The notes: a model not told the origin generated them from the sequence alone. A DNA stretch of 64,000 nucleotides from Candidatus Multivorans sp. (GCA_965247095.1 OZ251997.1:1568001-1632000), one strand, 5' to 3'. Numbered from the stretch's first letter, positions 1-9,743 are shown. A program made the numbers and translations.

Positions 1-39
1 CGCCAGGGTCGCCTGGGTCCAGACCGTCGTTCGGCTCAT
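1..39 (-). CDS. 5' end of a gene running off the window (MSRTTVWTQATLA...)
   Basis: ATG at 39 preceded by GAGGGGAG SD-like sequence; co-oriented with the upstream oxidoreductase. Confidence 0.5.
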   Translation of the reverse strand, partial: MSRTTVWTQATLA

Positions 40-101
40 CGCGCTACTCCCCTCTTGAAGTGAATCCGACTTCCAGGGACGGCGCGATCCACGACCGTCC
101 G

Positions 102-1121
102 TCACGAGGCGACCCGCACGATCCGCGTGCCGACGTTGCCGCCTGCCAGCAGGTCGACGAAGGCCTCCGGCGCACGCTCGAGTCCTTCGAACACGTCCTG
201 CTTAGGGACCAGCCTGCCGGCCTCGACCCACTCGCGCATCTGCGCTCTCCCCTCGTCGTAGCGGTCGGCGTAGTCGAAGACGAGGAAGCCCTCCATCCGG
301 ATGCGGTTGTTGATCAAGAGCCCCGGGACGCCGCGCGGGCCCGGTGCCGGGCTCGACGTGTCGTACTGGGAGACGACGCCGCAGCACACGATGCGGCCAT
401 GGGTCTTCATGCGCCGCAGGGCGCCGCCCAGGACCTCGCCGCCGGTGTTGTCGAAGTAGATGTCGATGCGGTCGGGCAACGCTTCCTTGAACTCGAGCCG
501 GAAGTTGGGGCTCTTGTAGTCGACGGCGGCGTCGAAGCCGAGTTCTTCCGTGAGCAGGCGGCACTTCGCCTCGCCGCCGGCCACGCCGACGACCCGGCAG
601 CCGGCGATTCCCGCCATCTGGCCGACCAGGTGGCCGACCGAGCCGGCGGCCGCCGAAACGAGGACGGTCTGCCCCTCCTTCGGCTCGCCGACATCGAACA
701 GCCCGAAGTAGGCCGTCAGTCCGTTCGTGCCGTAGACGCCGAGGTGATGCGCCGGATCGTCGTCATCGCCGTCGCCGCCGTCATCGACGACGCGCACCTT
801 CGCCGCGGCATGGACCGAGTAGTCCTGCCAGCCGGCGGGACAGACCACGAGCGCGCCCACCGGCACGGCGTCGTCGTTCGACGCCTCGACCCGGGCCACC
901 GCGCTGCCGCCCATGACGATTCCGGCGCGCGGCGCCCCCGCGTAGCTTGCGCTGCCCTGGAGACCCGCCCGCTGGCCGGCGCCGATCGTGACCGCGAGGG
1001 TGCGGCACAGCACTTCGCCGTCGCCCGGCGCCGGCGCCTCCACGGACCGCAGTGCGTAGTTGCCGGGCTCTAGCTTGCCCGCGGGCAACGAGTCGATGAT
1101 GATCTGGCGGTTCTCGGTCAT
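102..1121 (-). CDS. NADP-dependent oxidoreductase, MDR family (prostaglandin reductase/CurA-like)
   Basis: GLTAYFGL, VSAAAGSVGHLVGQ, YFDNTGG, GRIVCCG, GGNVG motifs; 339 aa. Confidence 0.92.
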   Translation of the reverse strand: MTENRQIIIDSLPAGKLEPGNYALRSVEAPAPGDGEVLCRTLAVTIGAGQRAGLQGSASYAGAPRAGIVMGGSAVARVEASNDDAVPVGALVVCPAGWQDYSVHAAAKVRVVDDGGDGDDDDPAHHLGVYGTNGLTAYFGLFDVGEPKEGQTVLVSAAAGSVGHLVGQMAGIAGCRVVGVAGGEAKCRLLTEELGFDAAVDYKSPNFRLEFKEALPDRIDIYFDNTGGEVLGGALRRMKTHGRIVCCGVVSQYDTSSPAPGPRGVPGLLINNRIRMEGFLVFDYADRYDEGRAQMREWVEAGRLVPKQDVFEGLERAPEAFVDLLAGGNVGTRIVRVAS

Positions 1122-1173
1122 GGTCGGCTCCGGGTTCGCTCCACGTCACCGGCGTGGCGCCGGTCGCGGCACC

Positions 1174-1773
1174 CTATCCTCCGGAGTCTGCGTCCAGCCG
1201 CCGTTCGATCCGCAGCAGCGTGTCCCTGATCTCGGCGAGGACCTTCCCCGATTCCGCCGCCGCTTCGCCCGCCGCCGCGCCGGCAGGTGACGTGGACGAC
1301 GATGCCCCGCCCGATCCCGCGACTCGTTCACGCTGCGCCAGGACGGCCGCGCGGAACTCCTCGGTTCCCTCGATGCCGACCAGCTTGATCAGGCTGCCGG
1401 GGCCGGACTGGCCGGCCGTCTCCACCGAGAGCCCGCGCAGGCCGAGGCGCCGCATGATCGGGCCGTGGGACATCGCCAGGTCCGTGATCTTGTCCAGCGG
1501 AACCGTCTTCTCCTGCCGGATCAGGACGCCCCGCGCGACGTGGAGGTTCTTCTCGGTCAGCACACAGCGGAGGCGCGCCAGGTAGCGGCCGGTGAGGACG
1601 TAGCCGATGGGAAACCAGAAGATGAGGAGCGGGATCCCGACGATGGTGCTCGTCAAGATCAGCGCGCCCGACAGCAACCAGTAGGTGCGCACCTTCGGGT
1701 TGAAGGTGGCTTGGAGCAGGACCTGCTCGCCGCGGGTGTGCAGTTCCGGATCGGCTACAACGACATCCGTCAT
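1174..1773 (-). CDS. Membrane protein with bacterial PH domain (bPH_2/YdbS-like)
   Basis: Start MTDVVV after GAGGAG; two TM helices then RGVL..EKTVPLDKITD..GPIMRRLGL..VETAG. Confidence 0.8.
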   Translation of the reverse strand: MTDVVVADPELHTRGEQVLLQATFNPKVRTYWLLSGALILTSTIVGIPLLIFWFPIGYVLTGRYLARLRCVLTEKNLHVARGVLIRQEKTVPLDKITDLAMSHGPIMRRLGLRGLSVETAGQSGPGSLIKLVGIEGTEEFRAAVLAQRERVAGSGGASSSTSPAGAAAGEAAAESGKVLAEIRDTLLRIERRLDADSGG

Positions 1774-1985
1774 TTCGACTCCTCTGTGATGGCGACTCGT
1801 AGGATTGGGACGAAGACGACCCGGACAACATAGCTCATGAAGAACGTAGCGCCGCTCGTGGCCACGATCGTCGTGCTCGCAGCGGGCAGACTCTCGGCCA
1901 GACGTCCGACGATCTCCCACCAGTAGCCACGAACCGTGCCGGCACCTGCGCCGGTGGAGTGCGACTACACCTTCGCGCTCAGAGC

Positions 1986-2020
1986 TTGCCAACGGGTATA
2001 ACCAGGGTCATACTCAGGGC
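1986..2020 (+). promoter_or_regulatory. sigma70-type promoter/operator of mazEF-like operon, leaderless spacing
   Basis: TTGCCA-17nt-CATACT-6nt-ATG; GGTATAACC palindrome in the spacer; no SD. Confidence 0.55.
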
Positions 2021-2269
2021 ATGAAGACGGCAATCTCCATTCGCGACGATGTGTTCGAGTCTGCTGAGCGCGTGGCGCGGAGGCTGGGGGTCTCGAGGAG
2101 CGAGCTCTATACCCGGGCCGTGCGGGAGTACCTGTCGCGACTCCCAGGGGAGCAGGTGACCGAGCGCCTCAATGCCGTGTACGAGGGGGCGGACGAATCA
2201 GCTTCCCCGCTAGATGACACTCTCGCCGCCCTCCAGCTTCGTTCGCTAGGCGACGAGGACTGGCGGTGA
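2021..2269 (+). CDS. Ribbon-helix-helix antitoxin (ChpI/MazE-like)
   Basis: MKTAISIRDDVFESAERVARRLGVSRSELY; GTGA overlap with the toxin gene. Confidence 0.88.
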   Translation: MKTAISIRDDVFESAERVARRLGVSRSELYTRAVREYLSRLPGEQVTERLNAVYEGADESASPLDDTLAALQLRSLGDEDWR

Positions 2270-2616
2270 GGCGGGGCGAGATCTGGTGGGCCAACCTGCC
2301 AGTTCCCGGTGGATCTGAACCCGGCTACCGCAGACCCGTTCTGGTCGTTCAGTCCGACGATTTCAATCGCAGTCGGATTCAGACCGTCGTCGTGTTGGCA
2401 ATCACCTCGAACCTCAAGCTGGCGGAGGCGCCGGGCAACGTGCCCTTGTCGCCGGCTGGGACAGGCCTTTCGCGCCGATCGGTGGCGAACGTGTCGCAGA
2501 TCATCACGCTGGACAAGCGATTCCTCACCGAGAGGGCAGGCCGGGCGTCTGCTGCAGTTCTGCGGCGTGTGGAGAATGGACTGCGTCTTGTTCTCTCGCT
2601 TCAGAGCCTCACGTAG
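2266..2616 (+). CDS. mazF: PemK/MazF family endoribonuclease toxin
   Basis: MRRGEIWWANL..GSEPGYRRPVLVVQSDDFN..ITSN..SVANVSQIITLDK. Confidence 0.93.
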   Translation: MRRGEIWWANLPVPGGSEPGYRRPVLVVQSDDFNRSRIQTVVVLAITSNLKLAEAPGNVPLSPAGTGLSRRSVANVSQIITLDKRFLTERAGRASAAVLRRVENGLRLVLSLQSLT

Positions 2617-2690
2617 GCCGGTACCGAACAGCGCCTAGAAGGTCACGGCTACATACAGCGACGCGTTTGGGGGCCGTCAGGCGCTCGCGC

Positions 2691-2917
2691 CTACCGCCGG
2701 TGGGCGATGAACTCGTGGATGGTCAAGCCGACGTCGCGGGCGATACGGCGGAGCAGCACCGGCGAGAGGTCGCGGCCCTGGTGGACCGGAACTGTCGTGG
2801 TGCGACCATCCGGATGGCGAAACCGTTGTGCGAACCCCGCTGGCGGACCTCCTCAAAGCCAAGTGCGACGAGGATGCCGACGGTCTCGCGCGGCTTCAGT
2901 ACGGGAATCGATGACAC
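2691..2917 (-). pseudogene. hicA: HicA toxin, frameshifted by a 1-nt deletion
   Basis: GTG start, GFEEVRQRGSH, then continues in another frame as RFRHPDGRTTTVPVHQGRDLSPVLLRRIARDVGLT to TAG 2691; span 227 nt = 3n-1. Confidence 0.85.
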
Positions 2918-2924
2918 GCCACCC

Positions 2925-3161
2925 TTAGGCGACCACGACGATCTGGGTGCCAACGAACTCGCCCGTGACAGGAGGCGGTCCGTCCTCGAGGATCAGACTG
3001 ACGACCTCACGGAGATTCGCGTTGAGTTCTTCTAGTGTCTCGGCCTGACTGTGGGCGCCGGACAGACCCGGCACATAGCCAACGTAGAAGCCGGTGTCGG
3101 GACAGCGCTTTACGACGGCAGTGTAGGCGGAACCTCGGCTGGCGAGTCGGCGTTGCGTCAT
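2925..3161 (-). CDS. hicB: HicB family antitoxin (short, no HTH)
   Basis: YTAVV..YVGYVPGLSGAHSQAETLEELNANLREVVSL. Confidence 0.88.
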   Translation of the reverse strand: MTQRRLASRGSAYTAVVKRCPDTGFYVGYVPGLSGAHSQAETLEELNANLREVVSLILEDGPPPVTGEFVGTQIVVVA

Positions 3162-3328
3162 GGACCTGATGGTACATCCCGGACGCGGATTCCCATGGCC
3201 GAACAGCGCCTACCGCCCGCACCAGTGGTACGCTCCTGCAGACCAGTTCTGCAGAGATCGAACTGCCGCCTTTTGAGTGCGCCCCCGACGAGGAGCAACG
3301 ACCGACCGAGAACCGCAGGAGACCGCTG

Positions 3329-4213
3329 ATGTGCAGATCGTCTTGGCGACGCCTCGCCACCGGGGTCGCGCTGGTTGTGCTCCTGCCTGGTCTTGGTGTG
3401 GCTCAGAGGGGAAGAGGCAGCGGGCCCGTAGAGTTGCCCGAGCCGCCCGCGGGCTGGAGCGTAGCCCGCACCGTGGACGGCCACCCCGATCTGCGGGGGG
3501 TGTGGGTGGAGATCGGCGGCACCCGCGGCGGCGCCAGACTGTCTGAACTGGTCATCGACCCGCCGGACGGCGGGATTCCGGCTCTCACCGAGAAGGCGCA
3601 GAAGGACTGGGATGCACTCCAGCAATACCTGGAGGAGCATCCGGCCGACACCTGGAAGGATCGCTCCCTGGGCGAACGCTGTGTGACCCTGGGGGCGCCC
3701 GTCCGGGCAAACTTCAACCAGTTCTACAAGATCGTCCAGAACAAGGACCATGTGGTCATCCTCATGGAGTGGATTCACGAGGCGCGTGTCATCCCCCTCG
3801 ATGGTTGGCCCCACCCCGATCGTCGGATCGAGCTATGGCTCGGCGACTCGCGCGGCCGCTGGGAAGGCGACTCGCTAGTCGTCGAGACCACGAACTACTT
3901 GCGCAAGGGGTACGCCGGCAACCACCAGCGAGGGACCCCGCAGTCCTGGTTTCACTCCCTTAATTCGGAAGAGCTGGTGGTAACCGAGCGCTTCACGCGG
4001 GTCGGCCCTGAATCGATGCACTACGAGGTGACGATCGACGATCCGCCGATCTGGGTCAGGCCGTGGACGGTGAGGATGCCGATGGGGAAGCGCAACGAGC
4101 CGCTCTTCGAGTTCGCCTGCCACGAGGGCAACTACAACATGGAGAACATCCTGCGCGCCGCTCGTGTCGGCGAGCAGGAGGCCGCTGCAGCCGCGGAAAC
4201 CGACCCCGAATGA
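3329..4213 (+). CDS. Exported hypothetical protein, 'WxGDSxGxWEGD...EFACHEGN' family
   Basis: Signal peptide, DGHPDLRGVW, ERC, HEARVI, WLGDSRGRWEGDSLVVETTN, FEFACHEGNY. Confidence 0.8.
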   Translation: MCRSSWRRLATGVALVVLLPGLGVAQRGRGSGPVELPEPPAGWSVARTVDGHPDLRGVWVEIGGTRGGARLSELVIDPPDGGIPALTEKAQKDWDALQQYLEEHPADTWKDRSLGERCVTLGAPVRANFNQFYKIVQNKDHVVILMEWIHEARVIPLDGWPHPDRRIELWLGDSRGRWEGDSLVVETTNYLRKGYAGNHQRGTPQSWFHSLNSEELVVTERFTRVGPESMHYEVTIDDPPIWVRPWTVRMPMGKRNEPLFEFACHEGNYNMENILRAARVGEQEAAAAAETDPE

Positions 4214-5052
4214 GAGGCGAGAAAGTGCGGAACCGAAGGCGGGGAGGAAGACTCGTTGCCACCGTCGCGACCTTGGTTGTGGTGACCGCGGCGGCGGTCC
4301 ATGCGCAGGACTACCGAGCCCCGCGCACGAGCGATGGCGAGCCGGACTTAGGCGGTATCTGGCAGGCGTTGAGCTCGGCGCACTGGGACATCGAGGGCCA
4401 CGCCGCCCGCATGGGTCCGATCGTCGAGCTGGGAGCGCTCGGCGCCATCCCGGGGGGCCTGGGCATCGTCGAGGGCGGCGAGATCCCCTACACCCCGGCG
4501 GCGAGAGCGAAGCAGCAGGAGAACCTCGCGCAGTGGTGGAAGCTGGACCCGGCGATCAAGTGCTTCATGCCCGGCATCCCCCGCGCCAACTACATGCCCT
4601 TCCCGTTCCAGATCGTGCAGACCCCCGAGAACGTCATCTTCGCCTACGAGTTCGCCAGCGCCAGCCGTATCGTCTACATGAACCGACCCGATTTCGAGAG
4701 CCCCGGCGACAACTGGATGGGGCACTCCCGCGGTCACTGGGAGGGAGAGACCCTGGTGATCGATGTCTCCGCCCAGGTAGGCGACACCTGGCTGGACAGT
4801 TCCGGCAACCACCACAGCGAGGAGATCCACGTCCTGGAGCGCTACACCGCGACCGGGCCGGACCATCTCCTCTACGAGGCGACGATCACTGATCCCAAGA
4901 CCTACACCCGCCCGTGGAAGGTGAGCTTTCCGCTCTATCGACGCATCGACGAGAACATGCAGCTCCTCGACTTCAAGTGCGTGGTGTTCGCGGAAGAGCT
5001 GATGTACAGCCACTTGAGCAAGGGCGTCTGGAAAGGCGGAGATAGCGAATGA
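4210..5052 (+). CDS. Exported hypothetical protein, same family (paralogue)
   Basis: ATGA overlap; signal peptide, DGEPDLGGIW, KCFMPGIP, WMGHSRGHWEGETLVID, LLDFKC. Confidence 0.8.
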   Translation: MRGEKVRNRRRGGRLVATVATLVVVTAAAVHAQDYRAPRTSDGEPDLGGIWQALSSAHWDIEGHAARMGPIVELGALGAIPGGLGIVEGGEIPYTPAARAKQQENLAQWWKLDPAIKCFMPGIPRANYMPFPFQIVQTPENVIFAYEFASASRIVYMNRPDFESPGDNWMGHSRGHWEGETLVIDVSAQVGDTWLDSSGNHHSEEIHVLERYTATGPDHLLYEATITDPKTYTRPWKVSFPLYRRIDENMQLLDFKCVVFAEELMYSHLSKGVWKGGDSE

Positions 5053-5507
5053 CGGAGAAGGTAGTCAACACAATGCACACCAAAGCCCTCATTGCCGCAA
5101 CCGCTCTCATCCTCGCCGTGGGCGCCGTGCCGGCGATGGGGCACCATGCCTTCGCGGCCGAGTTCGATGCCGACAGCCCGGTCAAGCTCACCGGGAAGGT
5201 GACCAGGATGGAGTGGATCAATCCGCATGCGTGGATTCACATCGAGGTCACGAAAGAAGACGGCTCGATAGAGACCTGGATGGTCGAGAGCGGCAGCCCC
5301 CCCTCCCTGTTTCGTCGCGGCTTCACCAAGAACTCGCTGCTGCCGGGAACCGAGATCGTCGTCGAGGGTTTCCAAGCCAAGGATCGCTCGAACAAGTGCG
5401 CGGGACGCACCGTGACCTACGCCAGCGGGGAGAGGCTGTTCCTGGGATCTTCCGGTACCGGCGCGCCGAGGGACTCAGCCGACCCGACGGAGCCACCGAA
5501 CCGGTGA
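5049..5507 (+). CDS. DUF6152 family exported protein
   Basis: Signal peptide then HHAFAAEFD..LTGKVT..WINPH..W.VE; start may be 5073. Confidence 0.8.
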   Translation: MTEKVVNTMHTKALIAATALILAVGAVPAMGHHAFAAEFDADSPVKLTGKVTRMEWINPHAWIHIEVTKEDGSIETWMVESGSPPSLFRRGFTKNSLLPGTEIVVEGFQAKDRSNKCAGRTVTYASGERLFLGSSGTGAPRDSADPTEPPNR

Positions 5508-7498
5508 GGGCTGCATACGCCATGCTGGCGGCTCTGGCAGCCGCATCGTCTGGCCCCGCTGCCCTCGGCGAATCCGGCGCCCAGGACGTCGAGTGGCCTC
5601 ACCATGGCCGCGACCACGCCTTCAGCCGCTACTCGCCGCTCGAGGACATCGACGCGGAGAACTTCTCGCAGCTAGAGGTGGCCTGGCGCTGGAAATCCGC
5701 CGACCACCGCGTAAGGGACGAGCCGGGCGCCTTCACCGGCTCGGCGCTCATGATCGGCGGCCGCGTCTACATGATGACCACGCTGTGGCAACTCGCGGCA
5801 CTCGACGCCGCAACCGGCGAAGAGCTCTGGGTGTTCGACTCCAAGGCGCACGAGGCGCCCAGGGCCGCCTACTCGAATCCACGTGGAATCGAATACTGGA
5901 CCGACGGCGAGCAGGAGCGCATTCTCTTCGCCACCTCCGGCAAGCTGCTGATCTCGATCGATCTCGAGACCGGGCGACCCGATCCCGACTTCGGCGAGGA
6001 AGGCTTCGTCTACATGTCGCTCGACGACCTCGGACGCCCCGGGATCCGGTTGCGCGACATCAGCGCCGGCTCGCCCGGAATAGTGGTCGGCGACACCTAC
6101 GTCATCGGCTCGAGGATCTTCGACGTGCCGTTCCGAAAGAAGGGCATCCCGCCGGGCCACGTGCGCGCCTACGACGTCCGCACCGGCGAGCAGAAGTGGC
6201 GCTTCCACACGATCCCCCAGGAGGGCGAGGACTTCACCGAGACCTGGGGCAACGACTCCTGGAAGTGGATGGGCAACACAAACGTGTGGGCGCCGCTCGC
6301 CGCCGACGAAGAGCTCGGCTACGTCTACTTCGCCACTTCGACACCGTCGAGCGACTACTACGCCGGCGACCGGCACGGCGACAACGTGTACGGCGAGAGC
6401 CTGGTATGCGTCGACGCGGAGACCGGTGAGCGCGTCTGGCACTTCCAGGCCGTGCATCACGGCATCTGGGACTACGACAATGCCTCGGCCCCGAACCTGC
6501 TCGATGTGGTCGTGGAAGGCCGGCTGCGCAAAGCCGTGGCCATGGCGGCGAAGACCGCCTTCCTCTACGTCTTCGATCGGGTCACCGGCGAGCCCCTGTG
6601 GCCGATCGAGGAGCGGCCGGTCGCCCAGTCCACGGTGCCCGGCGAGAAGCTCTCTCCGACCCAGCCGTTTCCGACCAAGCCGCCAGCGTTCGATCTACAG
6701 GGCTTGACCGTCGACGATCTGGTGGACTTCACTCCGGAGATGCGTCAGGAGGCGCTCGAGGTCCTCGAGTCGTATGTCATAGGGCCGATCTTCACGCCCA
6801 CCATCGTCGTCGGCGAAGGAGGAAAGCTCGGCACCATCGTTTCGCCCGGCGCCGGCGGCGGGGCCAATCATCCGGGCGCGTCGGTCGATCCAGCGACCGG
6901 TGTCGTGTACGTCCAATCGACGACCCAGATCGGCTCGTGGGGGCTGGAGAAGCCGGATCCCGAGCGCAGCGAGTTTCGCTACGTGAAGAAGTCGACGGGA
7001 GGCGGGGGAGGGCTCAAGATCTCGAACGGGTTGCCGCTGATAAAGCCCCCCTACCGGCGCATCACGGCGATCGATCTGAAGACGGGCGAGCACGCCTGGC
7101 AGGCGCCGCTGGGAGAAGGCCCGACCGATCACCCCGCAATACGCCATCTCGATCTCGGGCCCCTGGGCAGCCGCCCTTCGAGCGGCACCCGCGAGGGCGG
7201 GCTTCTGGTCACCAGGACGCTCCTCATCACCCACTCGCCCAAACGAGAGAGCTGGGACTCCCCGACGGCGACAGCCAGCTACCTGACCGCCTACGACAAG
7301 GCCACCGGCAAGGTGCTGGCGCAGGTGGAGACCGACACCGCGTTGCACGGAGTGCCGATCACCTACCGCTACCAGGGTCGCCAGTACATCGTGGTCCCGG
7401 CAGGCGGCAAGCCCGGCGGCAGGGCCGTGGGCAGAGACGCGAAAACCCAAGCGGCGACGGCCGAGCTGGTGGCTTTCGCTCTACCGCAAAGGCAATGA
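5504..7498 (+). CDS. Soluble PQQ-dependent dehydrogenase (glucose/quinate/shikimate type), copy A
   Basis: GTG overlapping upstream stop; RYSPL, LEVAWRW, PPGHVRAYDVRTG, WHFQAVHHGIWDYD, PTQPFPTKP, ITYRYQGRQYI. Confidence 0.9.
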   Translation: MRAAYAMLAALAAASSGPAALGESGAQDVEWPHHGRDHAFSRYSPLEDIDAENFSQLEVAWRWKSADHRVRDEPGAFTGSALMIGGRVYMMTTLWQLAALDAATGEELWVFDSKAHEAPRAAYSNPRGIEYWTDGEQERILFATSGKLLISIDLETGRPDPDFGEEGFVYMSLDDLGRPGIRLRDISAGSPGIVVGDTYVIGSRIFDVPFRKKGIPPGHVRAYDVRTGEQKWRFHTIPQEGEDFTETWGNDSWKWMGNTNVWAPLAADEELGYVYFATSTPSSDYYAGDRHGDNVYGESLVCVDAETGERVWHFQAVHHGIWDYDNASAPNLLDVVVEGRLRKAVAMAAKTAFLYVFDRVTGEPLWPIEERPVAQSTVPGEKLSPTQPFPTKPPAFDLQGLTVDDLVDFTPEMRQEALEVLESYVIGPIFTPTIVVGEGGKLGTIVSPGAGGGANHPGASVDPATGVVYVQSTTQIGSWGLEKPDPERSEFRYVKKSTGGGGGLKISNGLPLIKPPYRRITAIDLKTGEHAWQAPLGEGPTDHPAIRHLDLGPLGSRPSSGTREGGLLVTRTLLITHSPKRESWDSPTATASYLTAYDKATGKVLAQVETDTALHGVPITYRYQGRQYIVVPAGGKPGGRAVGRDAKTQAATAELVAFALPQRQ

Positions 7499-7532
7499 CG
7501 ACTTCCCTCGACGGGATGAGGAGGGCGACGCG

Positions 7533-9743
7533 ATGATCAGGAGAACCCCACGCGCAGCCTCCCAGGGGCCGGGCGCGCTGATCCTCGGCCTCCTGGCCTG
7601 CGGCTGCGCGGCGCCTTCGGGCGAGGAAGCCGGGTCACCGTCGATTCCGCCGCGGCCGAACATCATTCTCATGATGAGCGACGATCAGGGCTGGGGCGAC
7701 GTCGAGTACGCCCAGCAACGCGCTCCCGGCGATGTCTTTCCGGGCCACAGCGAAGTCAAGACCCCCAACCTGCGCGAGATGGCGGCGGCCGGCCTCCAGT
7801 TTCACCGCATGTACTCGCATGGTTCGAACTGCAGTCCGACCCGGTCGTCGTTCGTCACTGGCCGCTCTCCACGCCGCAACCACATCGACATGGCCTACAA
7901 CGACGGTCTCCGCAATCATGAGTTGACGATTGCCGAACTGGCCCAGACCCAGGGCTACATGACCGGACACTTCGGCAAGTGGCACCTCGGCAACCTCAAC
8001 AGGACACCCGAGGCCGACGCGGACGATCTCGCGCGATGCGGCGGCAGGTGCTTCGGCAGGAGCGGCGGCGACTTCTACTCGGCGCCGTGGCATCACGGCT
8101 ACGAGCGCAGTTGGGCGTCCCCACAGGCGTTACCGACCTTCGAGCCGATGCGCATCGACCCAGCAGGTCCGCTCCCCAGCGAAGGCAATCACATCGGCGC
8201 GCACTACTGGACCGGCCACGAGCAGCACGTCGACATCGACTCCCCCACTCTCGCCGGCGACGCCTCCGCGATCATCGTCAGGGAAACGACTCGATTCATC
8301 GACGACGCCGTTGCCGCCGAGCGCCCCTTCCTCGCCGTCATCTGGTTCCATCCTCCGCACAGCCCCCATCGCCTCGACCAGGCGACCCTCGACGAGTTCT
8401 ACTCGGCCGAGGAGCAGGCCGAGATGAACGACTACGAGGCGCCCTACTACTCCGGCATCACGGCGATGGACAAGGAGATCGGTCGCCTGCGCGCGCACCT
8501 GCGCACTCTCGGCATCGAAGACGACACGCTCGTGACCTTCACCTCCGACAATGGGCTTTCGGGATCGGTGAGACTCGACGATCCGGAGGAGGCGAAGGGC
8601 GGCTTGCGGGGATTCAAGGCCTCCATCTGGGAGGGTGGGGTCCGGGTGCCGGGCATCGTCGAGTGGCCCGGACGGGTCGCTCCCGGAGAGACCGCTACAC
8701 CGATGATCACCAGCGACTACCTGCCGACGCTCCTGGACATCTGGGGACTCGACCTGCCCGACTCGCGGCCGCTCGACGGCGAGTCGATGTCTGAGGTTCT
8801 TTTCGGCGATCGCTCGGCGCCGCGCCGGGGCCGCCTCCGGTTCGACAACTGTGGGGACCCCGTTCCCACCCGCGCCGCGGGCGAGCCCGAAGACTGCGAC
8901 AGCGCCGGCCGGGGCCGCGGCGGCCGAGGATTGAAGAGGGTGGGCGGCGAGCGCTCCATCCTCGACGACCGCCACAAGCTGATCTCCGTTACCAGCGGCC
9001 GGGAATGGGAACTTTACGACCTGCTCGAAGACCCGCGCGAAGAGACCCCGCTCGCCACCAGCGCCGACATCGACTCGAAGCCGCCGGAGATCCAGGCGAT
9101 CTACACCTCTCTCCTGGACGAGATCACCACCTGGTACGAAGTCGAAACGGCAGCCAGCCGCGAGGGCGCCGACTACGACACGCGCATCGCCGGCGCCGAC
9201 AGCGTCGACATTCTCGGCGACGTCGGCGACGAGACCGTTCCCGACGATCTGTCGGCCGCTCGCCGGACCTCCGTCGATCGTCCGGAGCTGGTCGTCGAGC
9301 GGCAATTCGCCACCCTCGACGAGGACCTGGCAGTCGAGAGCGACGGCGCCCCCGCCTCCTACGACGCCGACAACCTGCCGCCGGGTGCGACCGTACCCGC
9401 CGGCACGGTCGTCCACAGCTTCCTGCTGCACTTCGCCCCTACCGCCGCGACCAGCCTCAGCGGCGTCGAGATCGCGTTCGACGACCCCATCCTGGGCGTC
9501 GCCGCCAGCTCGGCGAGCCTCACCGCCAGCGACTTCCTCGCCTTCGCCAACCCCGAGTTCGGCGCCGCGGCCGATCGCGGCGCCCTGGTCGGCGAGTCCG
9601 ACTCCGACGGCTGGGAGATCCTCGCCGACGGGACCACGATCGTCATCGACGTGGACGCCGGCGCCGAAGGCGTGGATCAGTTGCGGATCCTCACCAAAGC
9701 GGCGTTGCAGCCAAGCCCAGTGAACCAGAACGAAGATCATTGA
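7533..9743 (+). CDS. Lipoprotein arylsulfatase (Cys-type, formylglycine-dependent) with extra C-terminal domain, copy A
   Basis: Lipobox LACGC; PNIILMMSDDQG, CSPTR, TGHFGKWHLG, FTSDNG, WEGGVRVP, ELYDLLEDPRE. Confidence 0.92.
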   Translation: MIRRTPRAASQGPGALILGLLACGCAAPSGEEAGSPSIPPRPNIILMMSDDQGWGDVEYAQQRAPGDVFPGHSEVKTPNLREMAAAGLQFHRMYSHGSNCSPTRSSFVTGRSPRRNHIDMAYNDGLRNHELTIAELAQTQGYMTGHFGKWHLGNLNRTPEADADDLARCGGRCFGRSGGDFYSAPWHHGYERSWASPQALPTFEPMRIDPAGPLPSEGNHIGAHYWTGHEQHVDIDSPTLAGDASAIIVRETTRFIDDAVAAERPFLAVIWFHPPHSPHRLDQATLDEFYSAEEQAEMNDYEAPYYSGITAMDKEIGRLRAHLRTLGIEDDTLVTFTSDNGLSGSVRLDDPEEAKGGLRGFKASIWEGGVRVPGIVEWPGRVAPGETATPMITSDYLPTLLDIWGLDLPDSRPLDGESMSEVLFGDRSAPRRGRLRFDNCGDPVPTRAAGEPEDCDSAGRGRGGRGLKRVGGERSILDDRHKLISVTSGREWELYDLLEDPREETPLATSADIDSKPPEIQAIYTSLLDEITTWYEVETAASREGADYDTRIAGADSVDILGDVGDETVPDDLSAARRTSVDRPELVVERQFATLDEDLAVESDGAPASYDADNLPPGATVPAGTVVHSFLLHFAPTAATSLSGVEIAFDDPILGVAASSASLTASDFLAFANPEFGAAADRGALVGESDSDGWEILADGTTIVIDVDAGAEGVDQLRILTKAALQPSPVNQNEDH

